Assembly: GCF_964355755.1 (NCBI RefSeq)
Contig: NC_092671.1
Location: 13,578,001 to 13,642,000 of the forward strand
Source of the DNA: Antedon mediterranea
Lineage: Eukaryota > Animalia > Echinodermata
Length of the DNA stretch: 64,000 nt
Direction: 5' to 3'
In this document: one piece after another, positions 22,203 to 32,900 of the stretch
How positions within the stretch are numbered: the first letter of the stretch is position 1
Layout of the letters: every line of letters begins with the position of its first letter
Notes under the pieces: generated by a model
Told to the model about the DNA's origin: nothing
What the model saw: only the letters and a program-made list of their open reading frames with translations
Database searches by the model: none
Translations under genes and position numbers: made by a program

Positions 22203-23098
22203 ATTCTAACCTATTTGGCGTGAAATATCCAAAAAAATAAAATATTTAAATAAGCTGCAGAGCACACTCACAACGTATTTTTTTTCTGTATTTTGGTATA
22301 GCGCCACCATTCTATGAAGGGCATACGCTGCCAAAATTGCCTTCAACCGGACCACACTCCCCCTTCCTTGTGTCATACCAGAAGGCACTACTTTAATTAA
22401 ATTAAATTAATATTTATGTTAAAAATGTGTTGAAAGAATATATATAAAATTTCACTCAGCCAAAGTATATATGACGAATAAGTCACATAACATAAAACGA
22501 TCTAAATTGGCCCACCCCATTTTCATACAAACGAAGCGTCATGCATACAAATATGAAAAATATTTGTTTAATATCAAAACAGTTGTTCACCTTGACCAAA
22601 ATCGGATAGAAACAAAATATATCTAAAAGAACTGCAATTTAAAACATGATAATACTAATATTAATAACATAGGTAGACAATGTTTTTTTTGTGATAAATT
22701 TAACAGTTATTTGGTCTTTTAAAAAGTGAAATCATTAATTTTATTGGAAGTTTATTTTATGACGGAAGTTAATAACTTCATTCAAATAAAATCTGATTTT
22801 ATTAATCTTGTTAATTTATTTTGTGGAGGGGGGGGGGGGTGATCTTTTGAAGATGCATGTCCCAAAAGTTCATTCAATAAGGAAATATTTCAATAATCCT
22901 AATAAAAGTACTTATGTACATAGATGGTAGCTTTACATTTTAGACGAAACAATTGTGTTTTGGGTACTTCAGTGTGTGTTTATTGCATATAGAATCAAAT
23001 AATAATATGTTAAAATCAAATGTGAAAAAAAGGTTTTACAACTGATAGTAAGATTGTGTCATTGATAACATTTTCCAAAATGTATTCAGGGAGGCCAA

Positions 23099-23648
<550 letters not shown>

Positions 23649-23884
23649 TAGAAAAACAATTGTAATTTTAACTTTGAATTATGAAAAAATGTAGTTTGCG
23701 CCACCACACAAAAAAGAGACCTTGCTGCTGGAAAATTAAATTGCGTCATTTGAGAAATAAAATTCGCTGCCTTGGTTTGTTTTGTGACACGTACCGTAAA
23801 TCCCAACGAAAAACCTTCAACCAAAGTTACTTTTATACTTCGTAATACGTTTTACAATCTTAGGTTGTTCTAAATAATATCTAG

Positions 23885-25143
23885 ATGGTTATATCAACTA
23901 ATAAAACCACGTCTTTTGACCAGAATTTTATACACAATGAAGAAGAAACGTCGCAAGGTAGCAGATCTTTGTTTAGCAGCAGCGGTGGAACGATCTCGAA
24001 TATTAAAATGGAAGCCAATCTGTAAGTATCTAGCCTAGGCCTGGTATAGACCCCATTAGTTACAGTACGGTAGGCCTGGATGTATCGGAGAAAATATTAA
24101 CTAGCCTAGGCCTACCTAGAGTAGATAACTTATTTGTTCTTTTTTTTGTGGGCATGATGTCATTGTCAACCGTAATTTTTTAAAGAAATATAATCTATCA
24201 TTAAACCTTATTTTTTTAAACAGGGAGCGTGGAAAACTGCATTGCTTCAAACTTGGCCGCCGCCCAGGGTGGTGTTCCTGATGATTCTTCGGGTTTTGAA
24301 TCCTTCATACTCGAAGGGTCAGAAGATGAATCTGACTTTGACGACTTCTTCGTCAGTCGCCTTTTCTCAGTAAGTCACAAGCTAGCTTCATTGACAATAA
24401 TGTGAATATCATTATTATTAAATACATATTTTAAAAATGTTTTATTGTATTTTGCAGAAGGGCGATCCATCGAGCACCGCTGAGAATCGCATCTCTTTGA
24501 GGTTTTTGCACAAGCTGACTGACAATTTAATCGTTAAATGGGATGCTGTGATGTACAAGAGCTGCCTCTATGTAGAGATTACTGATCTGCCAGACGGAAG
24601 TAGAGACAGGTTTGTGAAATAATGTATTCGCATTATATTTCTTCAATAAACATACATTTCCTCTCTTTCAAAATAATAATAAACCATGTAATTTCTGATG
24701 AATTGTAAATAAATTAGGCTGATCATATTACTTTACCAGTCTCTTCCTGATGTCTGATCTTCACTTCCTTTCAGTGGTAATACATATAATATATCATTTT
24801 AATTGAAAACAACTAGAAAGTAATAATTTTTTTCCTTTTTTTTTTCTAGTTTTGTTTCTCTGCTTGACTTTGCTGAAGAAAGTCTGAAATGCAGTCACGT
24901 GGTGGTTTGCTTCGTAAAAGATAATAACATGAGAAGTAAGTTTTGTATACACTGTATAAATTTAATTAAATAATGATTAAAACATTTTAAAGTAAAATTC
25001 TCAATCTCAATATTTGTTTTTTTCCCTTAGGTATGTTTATAAAGACTTTCATGTATCAAGGATTCAGTGCATTGGCGCCGCAGAGTCCACTGGTTTTTAA
25101 CAAAAACACTGATTATTTCTTCATGGTGTATGAAATTGACTAA
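23885..25143 (+). CDS. OAZ: Ornithine decarboxylase antizyme, about 210 aa via a +1 programmed ribosomal frameshift
   Basis: Exons 23885-24021, 24224-24369, 24458-24609, 24850-24935 and 25031-25143. ORF1 (64 codons) ends ...GRRPGWCS-TGA. ORF2 in the +1 frame encodes ...WDAVMYKSCLYVEITDLPDGSRDSFVSLLDFAEESLKCSHVVVCFVKDNNMRSMFIKTFMYQGFSALAP...FFMVYEID, the antizyme ODC-binding domain. Confidence 0.97.
24270..24285 (+). other. Antizyme +1 ribosomal frameshift site TGG TGT TCC TGA T
   Basis: TCC at 24276-24278 and TGA at 24279-24281 match the metazoan antizyme UCC-UGA-U consensus; ORF2 resumes at GAT 24280. Confidence 0.97.
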
Positions 25144-28100
25144 GTTCTAGCCCTAACTGACATGGATTGAAGTGTTTTTAAATACTATAATGCTTTTTGC
25201 TATTAATACATATTATGTACTTTACTTTAAAGCTTTAAATTCTGAAAGGGGTAATTATCGTATTTTGTATAAATTTATGTTGAGAAAATAAATAAAACTT
25301 TACTGTATGCTAAAATTAATCAAATAAAGCGTAATGGTACAGTATACAAGACAAATAAAGATTTATCGCTGATTCTATTCATAAAATGTGGTTAGTTTTC
25401 ATTTCGCTTTTTCGTTATCTTATAAGTGCCGTTTATGTATGCTTGTTATATTTAGGTTTTTGTGTTTTAAAGCTTGCCCATCTTTATGTATTGTAGTACT
25501 GTATATTTTAGTGTTCTCAAGAAAGGTATTTAATGGTGATAATGAATTGGCTATATTTATAGGTAAAAAGCCATTAACCATTTTTTTTTACGGGGAAGAA
25601 AATATAAACGTATATGCTTGGTGCTTTATATTAAAATATTTGTACCGAATTTACACTTCAGGTTTGCACATTAGTACCAAATAAATTTGACCTATTGCTA
25701 AATTACTGTGTCAAGTGTTTTATATATGTGCAATTTTGGAGTGACACTGTCGGATATTGCTGAATGAGTTGCCATTTTGTGTTTAAAATACTTGCAATGA
25801 ATATTTTAAATGCCATATGGTCAATCAATTGAATATACCGATAAGTGCCCATTTATGATTACAACTTGCATATGGTCATTAATTGAATATCGGTTATTTT
25901 AAGCATGAATACGATCAATATATTCATATTGGACAGATAATGATAAACAACATTATGAATTTGATATACATCACCTGATATGGATTTGAGTAAACAGGGA
26001 ACTAGATCTACCAGGTTTTAGCCAGTGTCATCTTGCAATGCCTTTAATAATTTACAATGTACATGAAGGGAAAATAATTAATAATTTATTATATCTATAT
26101 CATGTATTACACAAGACATGCCTGCAATTCTCATACTAATAGCTAACAAAAATATTCTAACTAATAGGCAATCCCAGTAATGGAAAAATAAGTATGCTAC
26201 CTCCTGCATACAAATTTCACCTGTCTGAAGATATGATTATTGATTGTCACACGTACAGTATTCTGTTGGTGACACGATCAAGCCTATTCACACTTTATCA
26301 TACATGCTAAGGTCGAGGTCAAAGCATAAAAATCTTCTACATTAAATCAAAAGCATGCATTTACATACATGATAACCATGACTAAACAGAGTAGAAGTGT
26401 GTTAATGGATCTATATACTGTATATTATTTTACATAATATTAATATCAACTGGAATGCAGGGGTTTTTATGGGAAAACTATGCTTTTAAAAAATCAAATA
26501 TTAACTCACTGTGTAAAATTTCAATGCAATTGTTTGTATTCTCAAAGTAAAAAAAAAGCACTTTTCAAAACTAGCCATATGAGGGGGTCCAGAATATATA
26601 CAGTGGAGAACTAACCTACAATATGACAGTTTGTCGGATAGAGATATCAAAAAGTAGTATATAATTTCATTTCAGCTGTCAAAGGGGAAGACCAAGCGCT
26701 ACCCAACTGTCTCAGGGGCGGTAGCGGGACTATTTTAAGAGGTTGCCTAAGAGTCCAGGTAGGCTGTAGACACACAAGCAATACAAACATACAGAAATTC
26801 ATTCTGAGCATGTTGAGAAACAACACTGACTGCCGGTAAATTGTGCGCGGTATTGTTGACTGCTGGTTAATTTTATACTGTAGTCTGTCAATTTACATAT
26901 AGGCTCTTCCAAACCTGGATCTAAATTTTAACTAGGTGGCAGAAAAAACATTTAGTATGAAATTAAGAGGTGTTGCCTGAGCAACTAGGGGTACACCCCT
27001 GCGTTTGCCATGTGCCTGAATTGTTTTCCATTTAAATACACTTTAAAACTTGTTATTCTATCTACAATAATAAAATCATACAATAATTTCATATAAAGGA
27101 AAGCATATTGTAATTTAGTGTATCCTATCCTAGTATATACTCAGCTTGAGTCGATATCTCAATGTATACTCTAACTACACTTTGAATATATTCATTTGAT
27201 AAACGTGTTTGCTCATCGATCAATAATGTGTCGGTAAGGCAATATTCAACATCAGGCTATGGTTAGAATAAATCTCTAAATCACTATCCATCAATCAGGC
27301 AATCTGTATCTTGTTATGTTATAATAAGTAGTTTCATTATCATTGATTGCATACTGCTGGTTCACATGAACTTATGTGAAATAAATGTCATTCTATCTAT
27401 GCTTCTATTCTATTTTATAATCTCTATTCTTAAATTCCAGCTCCTGTACAAGCAATTTAACAAAATTGAATCACCATTTTTAAATGGACAATTTTCATTA
27501 CCTATACAGCTGCTGGGCGTTGAATGTGTTTATAATCTTATTAACCAATCATTGAACTAACAATACTTTCTAAAAACCATTTGGTCATGCTTATAACTAC
27601 AACTTTTGTGAGGTTTCCAATTCTAAAGACCTCCATCCTAAACAAAAAGACAGTCATGCATTGCCTCGGATAATTACATTTAAGCTGGTAGCCATACTTG
27701 CAAGGCTGTTCTTGTGTCATAGGCAAATTCTGTAATACAAGTATATGCACAGTATCACATGTGCATCTCATTCTGTTAAGGTTAGGCTTATTGCCCATGA
27801 TACAGGTGTCACATGTGATTTGCTTATGATACTGTAAACATTATAGATACAGTGCCGAGAACGAGCTACAATATTCATATGCAGCACATCAATATAATTA
27901 TAAATATTGTTATAATCATTCTTTGTACACTCTATTGATTTTGTTGCCACTTTTGCACAATCATACTAGTCAATATAAACAGCATATAAATGATTTACGT
28001 ATACAAATCATACATGGTTAATCTATTACGAAGGTCACATCAAACAATAAGGGGAGGCATAAAAAGAACCTAGATGGGATCTGATCAAATAATTCTACCA

Positions 28101-29911
28101 GTCTGAGGTGTCAAAATTAGTAGGACACTCGTAAAAAGGAAACAGGAGCATGCGTCATCTATAAAACAGATGGCTGGAATCTCACCCAATATTACTAGAC
28201 CAATAGGGAGTCTAACAAGTTTGTACTGTACTAATAATCCTCTAATTTCCATGCAAATTTAACTAATGATACTAGCAGTACAGCTTCTTTATAGTATGAT
28301 AGATGCAATTTGCTTATGGCGCCGGCAGCCAATGTATATATATTGCATTGTAATCAATAATGAAATTAATAAATTAATACTGTACTGCAGCATAGCCAGT
28401 TCAAGGTAAAGTTTTAAATAGACAAAATGGTTTCTTTAATTAGCAATTGTCATTATCAATCCATACTCTTATTGATTTGAGACCCTGACATTAGTTAGTC
28501 AATATAGAGGACGATTATCAATACATTATAATTTATTTGACCTTTTATAGTAATATAAATAGTAAAATAATTGGTGTTTTTAGGCTTTTCATGATTTTTT
28601 TGACATAGTTTAATACCTGGTTTTAAGGGGTTTTTTTGAACTGCTGCAAGGCCCTCGAGCTCCAGGCCCCTGGGTTTGGCCAGTGAGCGCTCATATGCGT
28701 TACACCACTATTTTCAGTTCATGCATTACAAGATATGATAAAAAGTACAAATTAAAGAAATATTAATCAAATCATATTTTTGAAATTCACATTTCTTCAG
28801 TAAAGTTCTATAACTTTTCAGAAATGGATAAAACCGAGTAATTAATTTATTTGTAACTGATTATTTGTATCATTATCCTTTGTTACATTATATTAATTCT
28901 CAAAGATTGGCTAAAACATCAGATATATTTCGGCACTTTATTCAGCGACACAAAGTACTGTCATAGAGAACCAGTGAGCAGTTTATCTCAAACACTTGAT
29001 TGTTTTTATAGTTATTAGTTTTTATTTATTTTTCTTTTTATATTATTGTCTTTTTTTTTCTATACTAGATTATTAATATCAACATATTGTATAATACTGT
29101 ATATATGAGCACATTTATGATACACTAAATATGTATAGATTTTGAAAATTTTTGTTTTCAACCAACAAAATTTAACACAACCTGTTGACTGGGTTTTGAC
29201 CATTGGCTTCCTGCCTTTAATCCGCCCTTGAATCTGAATTATCTACAAATCTAACCACAATATTTGTTTGAAAATGGATGACTGAATTTCAGGGGATAAA
29301 AAAAAAGAAATATAGTGTACAAGCTGTGATAATGGACAGGTTATAATATACAAAATATTCATTAATTATAATCAATAATAATATGCAAAAAGTCTATACT
29401 ATATTACTATTCTATACCTTTACATGACTTAAAAAAAAGTTACATTCATGTCTAATGTAAACCATTTTGATTGTACTCTGATTGCCTAATATATATGTAA
29501 TAATATGTATATAATTAATTCATCAGTTATTACAATATTTTAACTATTGCTTATCAAATGTAATTATTTCTAGATAGCGGTCTTGCTAATAACGTTGGGG
29601 CCTACAACAGGTTGATACAATGTTCAGACTTCTGGAATTAAAACAGGCTACACTAAAGTTCCTTGGCTTTGTTTGTGTTTCCATGATATTGAGAATATTA
29701 TGAGCATTATTAACATCTATAGTGTTTTCTATTTGGTTTAAAATGAGTCTTCTCAATTTTCTTTTATGAGTAATAGCTGCACATGGGTTATGGTTAAACA
29801 TTTAATTTGTTTTTACAATCACTAATTATTAATTCATCTTCATTGGAGGGTTTGTTTTTTTTTTATTCAAGAGGTTTTTAAACTTCATATGTTAATTAGA
29901 AAGACCTGGTA

Positions 29912-32900
29912 CTACTTGAACAATTTCTTAGTCTCCTGAACCAGACATTCTGCCATTAGTTTGCTAGTTGTTCTGAACCAGAGCTGGATGGATTTCACAT
30001 TGAAATTGACATGAAGTAAGCATGGAGTGGAGTCTAATATTGACCCCGATGCTATACCTTCTTCACCTGAAATTGAAAAAAATAAAACGTTTTTTTAAAC
30101 CTTTGCCTGTGAAATATAGTATGATTAAACTTTAAAAGCAATCAAGCAACTCCACAATGGTTATTAATAACAATGATAACAATTCTGAAGCTCTGTCTAC
30201 ACTATCAAACTTTATGTGAAAAAAAAATGTGATGTGCACAAATAATATGGTCATGATAACATCATATCCCTACCATATTGGTCACAGCACACTTTTTTGT
30301 CAAACTAATGTGATAGTGTAGACAGAGTTTACTACTAATACAGACATTCCAACCCCTGCACGTTAAAAAGCGGGACATCTCGATTTTTTGGGGGGGGGGG
30401 GGGGATTTGTTGGTTTATTTGAGTGTATGTAGGAATTCGGCCCGGGACGATTCGTCCCCCTTTTGGTGAGACGATTCGGTCCCACTTTTGAGCCAGACCT
30501 CCCACCTTAGAGCCAAAAAAAACCCCAAAAAATGGAAATTCCATTTAATGTACACACACTATACCCCTCTTGTAAAAATCACCACGTGTATTTATCGTGC
30601 GAGCCAAACGGTTGTTGTGGTTGGTCACAGACACCAGGCTGGGCCGGCTCTGCAGCACGTCGTAAGTGGAATGTACCACAATACCAACGAGTTGATTATT
30701 TATATATAATTTTACAAAACAATAGATATACATTCGCATTAACGAAAAAGAACATTTTAAACAATAATTGCTAAACAATTTGTATTTTAAATCAAAATTA
30801 CGAATTTTTATTTTGCTAAACATAAATTGATTTGGCGAAAGAAAATTGTTGGCCTTTTGTAGGCATTTTTGCCTTAGCGCGCGTAGAGTCTGCTGGGTTC
30901 CATTCTAGCTGGACCACCGACGTCTTACATACGAGCATGGACTATGATGCGATGCGAGTGAGTTATGACTGCAGATGATAAGGAACAATCATACTCGTTC
31001 GTATTTGATTGTTTATGAAATTTAAAGGCGTATCGTCGTTTAATCGTAGTTTCCAAAATATTATTTCGTTATTTTTGTTTACTTATTAAATATTTTGAAA
31101 GCGGGACAATTCAGGGGTCCAGCGGGACAGCGGGACACAACATCAAAAAGCGGGACAATCCCGCCGAAAGCGGGACAGTTGGAATCTATGCTAATATCTC
31201 TCTTCACTGTTTTGAAGTTAACCATTTCCATTTCCTATTTAACAATAATCAGTAGAATAAACCATTGACGAAAAAAATCCTGCATGATTTAACTTGCCTA
31301 TAATTTGCACCTGGTGAAAGTTTAGCTTTGTGGTTAGCGCTTCTAGTAACTGCTCAATATTTTTCCATCTACTTTTCTCAATGTTTAACTTGCTTTCAAG
31401 CATTGAACTCTGCCACTTTTTACCAAACTCATCTGTAGTAAGTTGCAGAGGCCTGAAATCAAAAACATAGTGAGGTGTTTATAGAAATTGTTAATCTTAA
31501 ATTTTTTTTACATGCCTTTTTTTTTACTATATGTGAACTTTATTCAATCAATCGTACATTTGTTATAATGGTAACCACAATAAGGTATAATATTACAGTA
31601 GATTTTTACAAACAAAAAAAACAAGACCAATATAAATATAAATTATAAAATATATACAATGATTATTTACAGTAATGATAAAAATAAAAATTAATTGTTT
31701 ATATTGACTATTATTGGAAACAGAAGTTGAATAATAAAATACTGGAAAGTTTAGTTAGAGGTTTACAATCAATGGAAAAGATGAAAACATATAATATTGT
31801 AAGTATTAAAAGTAGCATTGTTTAGGGAGATTACTGTATATTGGCAACGGCCTACAGTTGAACATGGTTTTAAGCAAAAGTTATATATTGATTGATTGAA
31901 TCGGGCATCACTATAAGCAAAGCTTTAAAATGTGATGTCCTATGTAAGAATTGAAAATTGGAAAAAATAAATAAATAAATAAATTACAATAAAAACAATA
32001 ACAATTAGTAAATATATATGTAAACAATAGAGACAATAAGCAATAATCATAAATGACAGTTGAATAAAAAAATATATATATATATTATTATACATGTAAT
32101 AACAATTTAAAAAATATGACCAGAATAGATCATTCATAAAAAAAAAAAAAAAAGAAATCGATAATGAAAAATATTTTGTTCATAATACGTTGTGATTTTA
32201 GGTATTAGAATATTTTTTGAGGAGATTAGTATGAATGGTTTTTTTAAATAGTCCTATACTCTTGATTTCTCTTGCTGAGTTTTCAAGGCTATTCCATGTC
32301 TTGGCACCCCTATAGCATATACTCTGTTGTCCTATTTTGGTTCTTTTTAGTACAGTGGTATACTTTTTTTTATTCCTGGTATCATAATTATGTGTTGATT
32401 CAATTGTTTGAAAGTAAGTGACAAACGTAATTGGGAGCTGTTTATTATAAAATTGGAAGAGTAGTATTGCCATATGTTTTTCATAAAGATCGAATATATT
32501 TAATGTGTTGGTTTGTATAAATAGCGGTTGGGAAGGATGTTGATAGTGGACTTTGCATATAATTCGTAGTGCTTTTTTCTGGAGGATGTGAAGTCGGTTT
32601 AATTTACTTGGTCCGAAGGAGCCCCATACTACTATTGCATACGTTAAATGGGGAAGGATTATAGATTTATAAATTTGCAATAGAGTCATATATGGTAAAA
32701 AATACTTTAATTTATTCAGAATTCCTATTATCTTTGAAACTTTGTTTGCAATGCCATTAATATGGGTACAGAAGGACAAAAATTTGTCTAAGGTAACTCC
32801 TAAGAATTTGATATGGGTTACCTCTTCGAGTGTGGTGTTATTTACGTATAGTTGCATGTCTGTGAAGTCGGTTAAATTCTGGCGCCCTCTAAAGATTATA

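Larger units (their letters stand above)
30067..31297 (-). other. GC-AG intron (last intron of AP4E1)
   Basis: The exon ends ...CAA ATT ATA G|GCAAGT. Use of this GC donor gives QVQIIG-EEGIA, colinear with the vertebrate IIEIIG-NEG junction and phase-matched to the last exon. Confidence 0.85.

Noticed and set aside
24279-24281. In-frame TGA read as a pseudogene lesion, sequencing error or selenocysteine codon
   Set aside because: It sits in the exact antizyme WCS-stop context, the conserved domain continues in +1, and the zero frame hits another TGA immediately.
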